Assembly (NCBI GenBank): GCA_021647745.1
Contig: JAKIUB010000014.1
Span: 1,214 to 65,213 of the forward strand
From: Paracoccaceae bacterium
GTDB lineage: Bacteria; Pseudomonadota; Alphaproteobacteria; Rhodobacterales; Rhodobacteraceae
Direction of reading: 5' to 3'
DNA length: 64,000 nucleotides
How positions within the stretch are numbered: position 1 is the first letter of the stretch; each line of letters begins with the position of its first letter. Of this stretch, positions 43,142 to 51,044 are shown one piece after another. A program made the position numbers and the translations under genes. Below the pieces are notes generated by a model. The model saw nothing but the letters and a program-made list of their open reading frames with translations, was not told where the DNA came from and did no database searches.

Positions 43142-45067
43142 TTATCGCTCTGTCAGCTTCAACTCGATGCGCCGGTTGGCAGCCCGCGCTTCGGGGCTGT
43201 TTCCTTGGCGAAGGGGTTGAAACTGCCCGTAGCCGTTAGCCGCAAGTCGACGGGGCGAAAAACCCTCGACATCTATTAAATAGCGCACCACCGAAAGCGC
43301 ACGGGCCTGTGACAGCGCCCAGTTTGCATCCACCTGACCGGTGGTATCTGTATGGCCTTCTACCTGCAATATCCAGTTGATCTCGGGCGGGATATCCCCG
43401 GCGACATCGCGCAGAACCGATGCGACATCGGACATCTGCTTTTGCCCTTCATGGCCAAGATTTGACGAGCCGGGTTCAAATAACACCTCCGAAGAGAAAA
43501 CAAACCGGTCACCAACGATTTGCAGCTCTTCGCGCCCGCCAAGTATCGCACGCATCCGGCCAAAAAATTCGGAGCGAAAGGAGCGCAAGTCATTAGCCTC
43601 GGCCTTCAGGCGCTCGGCTTCAGCCGCCAGAAGGTCGCGCTCCCGGCTCTCGGCATCGGCCCGCGCCCGCTCCTCGACAGCCACCCTTGCCAGTGCTGTA
43701 TTCAACTGGGAGCCGAGGTTTTCAATGCGGATATTAGCCTCGCTATCGGCTTGGGCCGAAGCATCGAGCAAGCCCTGAAGCTGGTTAAGTTCGGCGCGCA
43801 AGGCGGCTGTTTGCCGGTTGAGCAGCGCGATCCGGCGCTGGGCCTCCGCAGACTGGCCCTTTTCCGCAGCCAGCAAACGCGCGGCCTCGTCCAGAGCGGC
43901 CTGCTGGCTGGTGATGATTTCGGCAGGATCCTGCCCCTCCAGCTCGCGGCGGGCGGCACGCAGGGCAGCAAGTTGGGTCAGGGTATCTTCGGCGCGCCGA
44001 CGCTCGGCCTCCAGCGACAGGGTCATGGCAGTCAGTTCGGCATCGGCATTGGCGAGGCGCGTACGTAGCGCCTCGGCGGCGGCAGCCTCGGCAAGCTGGC
44101 CACGCTCGGCGGCACTAAGCGCTGAAGCCCGCTCGGCGAGCGCCAGCTCGGCGGCGGCAATCCGGGCATCCTGATCCTCCAACAGCGCTTCAAGTCGGGA
44201 TTTTTCTTCGGCAGTCTGGAGGGCGGTGGTGACAGAGATTCGGGCCTCGGCCAATTGTTGCAGCACCGCTATACGCGCCAGTTGTTCAGTGTTCAACTCC
44301 TCCTCCAGCACCCGTTTAGCCTCGGTGAGTGCCGTGATCTCGGCGGCGCGCTCGCTGCTGGCGCTTTGGGCCGCGCGCTTGGCTGCTTCGGCCAGAAACA
44401 GCGCCTGCGTAGCGCTGGCGATCTGCTCCTGCATGGCCGAAACTTGCGCCGAGCGATCCGTCTGCCCGGTTTCCAGCTCGGCAATCATGGCGCGCAAGGC
44501 CTCGGTGCGGGCCGCGGCCAGCCTTGCGGCTTCGGCTTCGGCATCTATCTCTTGGCGGGCGGCGGCCAGCGCCAGCTCGGCGGCGGCCTTGGCGTCCATT
44601 TCGGCCAGCACAGCTGATTGCGCTTCAGCGACAGCATCACCCAAATCGCGGTTCTGGGTGATCAGGGTAGCGATTTGCGCCTCGAAACCGGTGATCTTTT
44701 CGGCACTTTCCTCAATCTCTTGCTGCAATTCCTGCCGCTGGCGGGTAAGCAAGGCAATGAGGGCGGTCCGGGCGGCATCCTCGTTTCGGGCCTCGGTCAG
44801 GGCACTGTTGAGTTCGCCCAGCTCCCGCTCCAACCCGCGCGAGCGGTTTTGCTCCAGCCCGAGCACATCGGCCAGCCCGGCAACCTGCTCGCTCAGCGCG
44901 ACCAGCTCGTCATCCTGATCGCTGATCGTCTCGCTCAGCACGAACTGCACGATCATAAAAATACTGATAACAAAGAACAGCACCAACAAAAGCGCTGTCA
45001 TCGCGTCTACAAACCCGGGCCAGATATTGGGGGGTTCGCGCCCGTTTCCACGTCTGCCGAGGGCCAT
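43142..45067 (-). CDS. MotB/OmpA-like peptidoglycan-binding protein with an N-terminal MotB-type TM helix and a ~420-aa coiled-coil spacer
   Basis: 641 aa. The N-terminus NIWPGFVDAMTALLLVLFFVISIF carries the conserved Asp of MotB/TolR/ExbD-type plugs. Residues about 60-490 are A/E/L/R/Q-rich and heptad-like. The C-terminus FVFSSEVLFEPGSSNL...LQVEGHTDTTG...SQARALSVVRYL...NRRIELKL is an OmpA_C-like domain. Confidence 0.85.
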   Translation of the reverse strand: MALGRRGNGREPPNIWPGFVDAMTALLLVLFFVISIFMIVQFVLSETISDQDDELVALSEQVAGLADVLGLEQNRSRGLERELGELNSALTEARNEDAARTALIALLTRQRQELQQEIEESAEKITGFEAQIATLITQNRDLGDAVAEAQSAVLAEMDAKAAAELALAAARQEIDAEAEAARLAAARTEALRAMIAELETGQTDRSAQVSAMQEQIASATQALFLAEAAKRAAQSASSERAAEITALTEAKRVLEEELNTEQLARIAVLQQLAEARISVTTALQTAEEKSRLEALLEDQDARIAAAELALAERASALSAAERGQLAEAAAAEALRTRLANADAELTAMTLSLEAERRRAEDTLTQLAALRAARRELEGQDPAEIITSQQAALDEAARLLAAEKGQSAEAQRRIALLNRQTAALRAELNQLQGLLDASAQADSEANIRIENLGSQLNTALARVAVEERARADAESRERDLLAAEAERLKAEANDLRSFRSEFFGRMRAILGGREELQIVGDRFVFSSEVLFEPGSSNLGHEGQKQMSDVASVLRDVAGDIPPEINWILQVEGHTDTTGQVDANWALSQARALSVVRYLIDVEGFSPRRLAANGYGQFQPLRQGNSPEARAANRRIELKLTER

Positions 45068-46249
45068 TTAGCTGCCCCGCGCGTTGGCCAGTGCCAAAAT
45101 GCTCTGGGCCAAGGTGGACATATCGGCGCGCAGATCGCTCAGGGTTTCCTGCCGACCCACGGACATTTCTTCCAGCACCCTTAAAAGCTGCACATCTATG
45201 TTGCGCAGCCGCGAGCGCGCTTCACTATCAAGCAGGCCGCTGCTTTCCTCGCGGTCGCGCAAGATGCGGGTCATCTCCGCTTGCGAGCTGGCAATGCGCT
45301 CGAACACCTCTTCATCAAAGGCTGCGCTGCCGCCCGGTGCCGCGGCCAGCCCCTGCATTGCCACAGCCAGCTGGCTCAGGGCTTCTTCGGTATTCTGGCG
45401 CGATTGCTCGCCGCGCAGGCTGACATCTTTCAGGGTTTCGATCTGCATCGCGGTTTGCTCCATAAAACCGTGGAGCGCTGCAAGATCACTGCCCCCGCTG
45501 CCTTCGCTCTCGCCAACAAGGCTGAGCTTGGTAATGGAGGACAGCCACTCTTCCAGCTCCATATAAAACCGGTTTTGCCCGTGTGAGGCAAACAGCTCCA
45601 GCAAGCCAACAACCAGCGAGCCGGCCAAACCAAGTAGCGAGGAAGCAAAAGCCGTGCCCATACCGCCCAGCTGATCCTCAAGCCCGGACATCAGGTTTTT
45701 AAACACTTCCGAGGCCGTCTGCCCTTCCTGCGGGGCGAGGCTGCGGATGGTATCCACCACCGCCGGCACCGTGGTCGCCAGCCCGTAAAACGTGCCGAGC
45801 AGCCCGAGAAAGATTAGCAGGCTGGCAATATATCGGGTGATATCACGCAATTCGTCCAGCCTTGTGCCAACCGAATCAAGGATAGAGCGGCTGGAGGTGG
45901 AGGTGATGGATTTGCGGGCACGGCTATCGCGCAGCAGCGCCTCAAGATTGGCCAGAATGCGCGGTGCCCGCACAAATTCGTGCCCCGGACGGTCAAGCAC
46001 AAAGCCCTTGATCCAGCGCACCGCCACCAAAAGAGAGATGATTTGCCAAAAACAGGCCAGTACCCCGATGGCAAAAACCGCGATAATCACCCCGTTAAGA
46101 TAGGGAGAAACGATGAATATCCGCGACATCGACGGCAGCGCCCCCACCGCGCCCACCATGACCAAACCCAATATAACAAGCATAATAAAGGCTTGGCGCG
46201 TCGGTCGGGAAAATCTCGGCTCGCGCTTTGAATCAATGACAAGCTTCAT
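45068..46249 (-). CDS. MotA/TolQ/ExbB proton-channel family protein with a ~160-aa helical C-terminal tail
   Basis: 393 aa. Two N-terminal TM helices and a cytoplasmic loop. Then LLIFLGLLGTFYGL and GGMGTAFASSLLGLAGSLVVGLLELF, the signature helices of MotA_ExbB channels. Its stop codon (45068-45070) directly abuts the ATG of the MotB-like gene. Confidence 0.85.
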   Translation of the reverse strand: MKLVIDSKREPRFSRPTRQAFIMLVILGLVMVGAVGALPSMSRIFIVSPYLNGVIIAVFAIGVLACFWQIISLLVAVRWIKGFVLDRPGHEFVRAPRILANLEALLRDSRARKSITSTSSRSILDSVGTRLDELRDITRYIASLLIFLGLLGTFYGLATTVPAVVDTIRSLAPQEGQTASEVFKNLMSGLEDQLGGMGTAFASSLLGLAGSLVVGLLELFASHGQNRFYMELEEWLSSITKLSLVGESEGSGGSDLAALHGFMEQTAMQIETLKDVSLRGEQSRQNTEEALSQLAVAMQGLAAAPGGSAAFDEEVFERIASSQAEMTRILRDREESSGLLDSEARSRLRNIDVQLLRVLEEMSVGRQETLSDLRADMSTLAQSILALANARGS

Positions 46250-46253
46250 TCGG

Positions 46254-46362
46254 CTTATTCACTCCTGCAAAATAATCAATACCGGATACTACACCCGCCA
46301 AAGGATTTGGCCAGCATATATCAATAGATTCCCGCAAAATCCCTTCATATTCGGTGAATAAG
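46254..46362. repeat. 9-bp inverted repeat, arm starts 100 bp apart, spanning most of the divergent MotA-like/SPFH promoter region
   Basis: ttcgg-CTTATTCAC at 46249-46262 and ttcgg-GTGAATAAG at 46349-46362. The 9-mers are exact reverse complements and each is preceded by the same ttcgg. Confidence 0.6.
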
Positions 46363-46413
46363 TGCCTATATGTAGTATTATTATTTTCTATAATCACAAC
46401 TATTGGAGCCAAA

Positions 46414-47355
46414 ATGAACGATCTTTCGAATCTATTCGCAAGCGCCGCCGGACCGGCAATTGCGCTGGTGTTCTTTGCTGTAATTCTGATCTGGATGACA
46501 GTAAAAACCGTGCCGCAAGGCGAGGAATGGACGGTAGAGCGCTTTGGCCGCTATACCCGCACCTTGCCGCCCGGGCTGCGCTTTCTGGTGCCGATTGTGG
46601 ATAAGGTCGGGGCCAAGATCAACATGATGGAGACCGTGCTCGACATCAATTCCCAAGAGGTGATCACCAAAGACAACGCCATGGTGGTGGCCGATGCGAT
46701 CGCGTTTTATCAGGTGGTGGATGCGGCGCAAGCGGCTTATGAGGTTCGCGATCTGGAGCGCGCCTTGCGTAACCTTTCCATGACCAATATCCGCTCGGTA
46801 ATCGGCTCGATGGACCTTGATGAAAGCCTTTCCAACCGCGATATGATCAACTCCCGCCTGCTCGGGGTGATCGACGAGGCCTCCCAGAGCTGGGGGGTGA
46901 AGGTGACACGGGTCGAGATCAAGGACCTCGCGCCACCGGCAGATATCAACGAGGCGATGGCCCGGCAAATGAAGGCCGAGCGCACCAAGCGCGCCGATAT
47001 TTTGCAGGCCGAGGGCCACAAGCAGGCCGCGATTCTAAAAGCCGAAGGCGAGCGCGAAAGCCAGATCCGCGAAGCTGAAGGCCGGCGCGAGGCGGCCTTT
47101 TTGGATGCCGAGGCCCGCGAGCGTGGTGCCGAGGCCGAGGCCAAGGCAACCCAGATGGTCTCCAAGGCTATTGCCGAGGGCGACATTCAGGCGATCAACT
47201 ATTTTGTTGCCAATAAATACACCGAAGCGCTGCGCGATATTGCCGCCTCGCCCAACTCCAAAACCGTGATGATCCCGCTGGAAGCCACTGGCTTGCTTGG
47301 CTCCATTGCCGGTATTGCCGACATAGCCAAGGCCGTCACCGGAAAGGAAAAGTAG
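46414..47355 (+). CDS. SPFH/Band 7 (stomatin/paraslipin-like) membrane protein
   Basis: ...[36 protein letters not shown]...[17 protein letters not shown]... plus a charged A/E/R-rich C-terminal coiled coil. Start set to the ATG at 46414 (MNDLSNLF). Confidence 0.92.
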   Translation: MNDLSNLFASAAGPAIALVFFAVILIWMTVKTVPQGEEWTVERFGRYTRTLPPGLRFLVPIVDKVGAKINMMETVLDINSQEVITKDNAMVVADAIAFYQVVDAAQAAYEVRDLERALRNLSMTNIRSVIGSMDLDESLSNRDMINSRLLGVIDEASQSWGVKVTRVEIKDLAPPADINEAMARQMKAERTKRADILQAEGHKQAAILKAEGERESQIREAEGRREAAFLDAEARERGAEAEAKATQMVSKAIAEGDIQAINYFVANKYTEALRDIAASPNSKTVMIPLEATGLLGSIAGIADIAKAVTGKEK

Positions 47356-47823
47356 ATGGTCGACTTCTTTCTCTGGGTGGGGGAGGCCAGCCCGTGGCTG
47401 TGGCTGGCGCTCGGGATAGCGCTTTTGGCGCTTGAAATCCTGGCGCCCTCATTTGTGCTGATCTGGCCCGGCCTTGCGGCGATGGTTATGGCGCTGCTTG
47501 CGTGGCTGGCGCCAAGGTTTTCCGGCGAGGCAACGCTGGCGCTATTTGCCGGCCTGAGCATCGCGCTGCTCTTTGGCGGGCGGGCTTTGATGGCACGGAT
47601 AGATCAGGCCGAGCCACAATCCATCCTGAACGCCAGAGGCAAAAATATGGTTGGGCGCAAGGCCAGGGTGTTGAGCGTCAGCGGACCGCAGGGCAAGGTC
47701 GAGATAGACGGTGTGCAATGGCCCGCCACCTGGGAAGATGGCACCAGCCCCGAAGTCGGCAGCTGGGTGCTCATCACTCAAAGCACAGGATTAATTCTGT
47801 CGGCGACCTCGCCGCAAAGGTGA
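47356..47823 (+). CDS. NfeD family membrane protein
   Basis: 155 aa. Three hydrophobic helices and a C-terminal OB-like segment (GRKARVLSVSGPQGKVEIDGVQWPA). Its ATG directly follows the SPFH stop, the classical SPFH-NfeD pair. Confidence 0.85.
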   Translation: MVDFFLWVGEASPWLWLALGIALLALEILAPSFVLIWPGLAAMVMALLAWLAPRFSGEATLALFAGLSIALLFGGRALMARIDQAEPQSILNARGKNMVGRKARVLSVSGPQGKVEIDGVQWPATWEDGTSPEVGSWVLITQSTGLILSATSPQR

Positions 47824-47883
47824 TTGAAACCTAAAGGCCCATATGTTACATATTAACGAAATTATAACCATTTTTTGGGTATC

Positions 47884-48924
47884 ATGTTTAAAAGTGTGCT
47901 TTTTTATACTCTTAGTATATTTGCCGTAGCTATAAGCGCGGCAAGCGCCGCAGAGGATTGCGATCGGTATACAGTCATGCGCGGGGATACTCTCCGCACG
48001 ATCTCCGAACGCTATTATGGTACACGAGAGCTTTCTTCGGTTATTTATGGTGCCAATATCGGCACTGTCGGCAAAGACCCCAATACTATCGAAATAGGCA
48101 TGTCCCTGGCTATTCCTTGTCGTGATGGCTTTATGCCGCCGTTGCCCGGCGCGTTTTCAACTATCACCGAACCGCGGGAAGCCAATGGCCAAAGCCCCGC
48201 GCCGCAGTTTTTGGCCAAGAGCGGTGGTGCCGCTTTCATGAGCCAGAATGGCAATGGTGTCATTCCGGACATCCTTGCCGCCGCGCTGCGCAAAGGTGGC
48301 TATCGCGATAGTCTGGAAATGGAACGCCCCGCAAACAGCGACACAATATTGCGGCTTGCGGCCATGGAAGCTAGCACCTTGCTCTCCTTTCCATGGATCA
48401 AGCCCGATTGCGACACCCCCTCTCATCTTTCCGCGCAGTCAACCGATCTGTGCAAAAATTTCGTGTTTTCCGATCCGCTTTTCGAAACCACGCTAGGGCT
48501 GTTTACCCGGGCAGATGCGGCCCAGACCACCTCCACCTCTGCCAGTGATCTTTCGGGCAGCCGTTTTTGCCTGCCACAGTTTCATTCCGACACCCTGCTG
48601 CGCAGCATGGGGCTTACTGTGGAAGCAGAAGATATCACTCGCGCGCCGGATTTTAACACCTGCGTCACTGGCCTGCTCTCGGGAATGTATAATGTGATCG
48701 TCGCTGATTACCAAAGCTATAGCACATTTTATCGCGGACATCCGGCCGAGGTTGTTGATATTTCGCTGTTTGCCCGTCAGGTTACGCTGCATGCCGTGGC
48801 CTATAGGAAAAACCCCGATGCACTATCGGTGCTGCAAATCGCCAATTCCGGCCTCGAGCAGATCATGGCATCCGGCGAGTGGTTCGGTATTGTACAAGAA
48901 CACCTGTCACCCCGCACGAACTAG
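47884..48924 (+). CDS. secreted LysM domain protein fused to a periplasmic substrate-binding (PBP2/SBP_bac_3-like) domain
   Basis: Signal peptide MFKSVLFYTLSIFAVAISAASA. LysM segment YTVMRGDTLRTISERYYG...IYGANIGTVGKDPNTIEIGMSLAIP. The remaining ~250 aa resemble type-2 solute-binding proteins. ATG 47884 is preferred over the track TTG at 47875. Confidence 0.7.
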   Translation: MFKSVLFYTLSIFAVAISAASAAEDCDRYTVMRGDTLRTISERYYGTRELSSVIYGANIGTVGKDPNTIEIGMSLAIPCRDGFMPPLPGAFSTITEPREANGQSPAPQFLAKSGGAAFMSQNGNGVIPDILAAALRKGGYRDSLEMERPANSDTILRLAAMEASTLLSFPWIKPDCDTPSHLSAQSTDLCKNFVFSDPLFETTLGLFTRADAAQTTSTSASDLSGSRFCLPQFHSDTLLRSMGLTVEAEDITRAPDFNTCVTGLLSGMYNVIVADYQSYSTFYRGHPAEVVDISLFARQVTLHAVAYRKNPDALSVLQIANSGLEQIMASGEWFGIVQEHLSPRTN

Positions 48925-48936
48925 TTTTGCAAGCCG

Positions 48937-49476
48937 CTATGAACGTGCTTCCGGCACCATACGGCTGAGCTGCTCTATATCCCCGTCACGAATACCAAGC
49001 TCGGCCAAGTGGCGGGCGGTATTGTGCAGGTAGGCGCAATTGTGGCCTGCCGAACCACTGGCACGAGCGATCACCTCTGCCTGTTCAGACAGCCCCAGCC
49101 CGCCCGCATATTGGCTATGGTCACGATCAACAACATAGCAAAGCGCCAAGACCTCGCGCCCGTCGGTGAGCCGCACCGAATGCTGCTCTTCCATATAGGC
49201 CGCCGAGACCAGCTCGCGCCCGCGCAGATAATCATGCGCCGAGCGCGCCAAACTGGGCGACACATAATAGGCCACACCACCACAGCTGGCACCGACCTTT
49301 TTCTCTAGCGCTAAAACCAGGCCGGGGGCGTCTGTTGTGCCGCGGTAATGCACTGACCACATGCAAAAGCCGCGATGAAAGCCGCGAAGGGCCGCCAGCT
49401 GGCGCTCCGCATATTCAAACCCCGGCTTCCAGATCAGTGATCCGTAGCCAAACACCCACAACCCGTTTTCATACAT
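48937..49476 (-). CDS. gamma-glutamylcyclotransferase, ChaC family
   Basis: MYENGLWVFGYGSLIWKPGFEYAERQLAALRGFHRGFCMWSVHYRGT...PGLVLAL is the ChaC signature. Start moved to the ATG at 49474-49476. Confidence 0.85.
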   Translation of the reverse strand: MYENGLWVFGYGSLIWKPGFEYAERQLAALRGFHRGFCMWSVHYRGTTDAPGLVLALEKKVGASCGGVAYYVSPSLARSAHDYLRGRELVSAAYMEEQHSVRLTDGREVLALCYVVDRDHSQYAGGLGLSEQAEVIARASGSAGHNCAYLHNTARHLAELGIRDGDIEQLSRMVPEARS

Positions 49477-49555
49477 TGTAATTGCCGCCTCCCCCGCACT
49501 TATGATAACATGGAGAAAATACAGACGAAACCCCAATAAACTATGGGAGTCCAAA

Positions 49556-50542
49556 ATGAAATGGCTATTGAAACTGGTTGTTGTTGCCGCGATTGTATGG
49601 AGCGGTTATTGGTATATCGGGGCGCAGACGCAAGAAAAGCTCTATGCCAGCCTGCTTGAAAACAGCCGCGCCGAAGGCTGGACAGCCGAGAGCGGCAACC
49701 TCGGCGTTGCCGGCTTCCCCTCCCGCTTTGACACAACCCTGACCGATCTGAATTTTGCCACGCCGGACGGAGACTGGGGCTGGCGCGGCGAAAAGATCCA
49801 GATTATCGCGCAATCTTATCAGCCCAACCATATTGTGATGTCGTGGTCTGGCACGCAGGTGGTGGATACACCGGCAGGTAGTGCGACTATCACCAGCGAA
49901 ATGCTGCGGGCCAGCATTGTGGTTGCGCCCAAGGTGGCGCTGCCGCTCTCTCGCCTCCAGCTTGAGGGACAGAGGCTGGAGCTTGAGGATACACACTGGC
50001 AGGCAAAAATCGAAACCCTCAACCTCGCCCTTTTTCAGGAGGAAGACACGCCCCGCCGCTACCGCCTCGGGGCCAACCTTACCAATATCACCCCGCCGGA
50101 CAGCACCAGCTCGTTCATTGGAGGAGGCACATATTTACCCGAGATAATCGAGCGCATCCACCTTTCCGCCCTGTTGGATTTTGATGGTGATATCAACCGC
50201 GAGGCCCTAGACAGCCGGCAGCCGCCAAAACCTGTCAGCGCAATAATTGAAACGGCTACGATCATTTGGGGCAGCTCGGAACTGAGTATATCAGGCGAAT
50301 TAAAACGGGCAGATAACGGCTATGTCGAGGGGCAACTCGCCTTCGAGGTCAAGGGCTGGCAGCCTCTTTTTGATGTGTTCAAACAGGCAAGCAGCCTTAC
50401 CACCACCGAAAAAATCACACTGCGGCGGGCGCTGGATAGCGCTGCCGGTGGCGGAAATCTGGCTTTCACGCTGGTGCTTGATAACGGAGAGGCCAGAATT
50501 GGGCCGTTTATCGTCGGGCCGGCGCCGGTCTATCCTTTTTGA
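49556..50542 (+). CDS. DUF2125 domain-containing protein
   Basis: MKWLLKLVVVAAIVWSGYWYIGAQ... signal-anchor, then ...GVAGFPSRFDTTLTDLNFATPDG..., as in alphaproteobacterial DUF2125 proteins. Start moved to the ATG at 49556. Confidence 0.7.
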   Translation: MKWLLKLVVVAAIVWSGYWYIGAQTQEKLYASLLENSRAEGWTAESGNLGVAGFPSRFDTTLTDLNFATPDGDWGWRGEKIQIIAQSYQPNHIVMSWSGTQVVDTPAGSATITSEMLRASIVVAPKVALPLSRLQLEGQRLELEDTHWQAKIETLNLALFQEEDTPRRYRLGANLTNITPPDSTSSFIGGGTYLPEIIERIHLSALLDFDGDINREALDSRQPPKPVSAIIETATIIWGSSELSISGELKRADNGYVEGQLAFEVKGWQPLFDVFKQASSLTTTEKITLRRALDSAAGGGNLAFTLVLDNGEARIGPFIVGPAPVYPF

Positions 50543-50570
50543 CACCGGCTAACGCATTGATCACCGTGCC

Positions 50571-51044
50571 TCAAAGCAAAAAAGGAAAGCCCCCTTCATG
50601 CTGCAAAAGCGCTATCTTGCTTTCCAACCCGCCAAGGCCGGAAAAACCACCAAGACCGGTTTTGGACAGCACCCTGTGGCAAGGGATAAGCAGGGGGATC
50701 GGGTTTGCGCCGCAGGCCTGCCCGACAGGCTGGGCTGGGCAACCAAGCGCAGCGGCGATCTGGCCATAGGACATGGTTTCACCGTAAGGGATGGCACGCA
50801 TGGCAGCAAATACACCCTGCTGAAAGGCCGATCCTTTCGGGGCCAGTGGCAGGTCAAACTTCTGTAGCGTGCCATCTTCATAAGCTTTGATCTGCGCCGC
50901 AGCTTCGGCAAGCAGGAGCGAAGTTTCGCCCAACAGCGGCGCTGTACCGAGCCGAAGCGCGATGATAGATGTCTCGTCCGCCTCCAGTACAAGCTGGCCA
51001 AAACGGGTATCAACGCCGATGATCACCGCCCCTCGATGCGCCAT
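50571..51044 (-). CDS. ogt: methylated-DNA--protein-cysteine methyltransferase
   Basis: ...IPYGETMSYGQIAAALGCPAQPVGQACGANPIPLLIPCHRVL... with the PCHRV active site. Start is either the ATG at 51042-51044 (22-nt overlap with the upstream gene) or the GTG at 51024-51026 (GTGA overlap with its stop). Confidence 0.88.
   Translation of the reverse strand: MAHRGAVIIGVDTRFGQLVLEADETSIIALRLGTAPLLGETSLLLAEAAAQIKAYEDGTLQKFDLPLAPKGSAFQQGVFAAMRAIPYGETMSYGQIAAALGCPAQPVGQACGANPIPLLIPCHRVLSKTGLGGFSGLGGLESKIALLQHEGGFPFLL

Noticed and set aside
44226-44918. 230-aa plus-strand ORF (Ser/Ala-rich), together with several other long plus-strand ORFs across 43341-45184
   Set aside because: All lie antisense to the coiled-coil gene. 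GC-rich Ala/Glu/Leu/Arg codon repeats keep the opposite strand open. The products are low-complexity (S/A/R-rich) with no start context, so these are shadow ORFs.
43142-46249. Zorya anti-phage system (ZorA/ZorB are MotA/MotB homologues)
   Set aside because: In Zorya the long coiled-coil tail is on the MotA-like ZorA, and ZorB is short. Here the long coiled coil is on the MotB-like protein. No ZorC/D/E/F/G-like helicase or nuclease genes are adjacent; the neighbours are clpA and SPFH/NfeD. The pair is kept as an uncharacterised stator-like pair instead.
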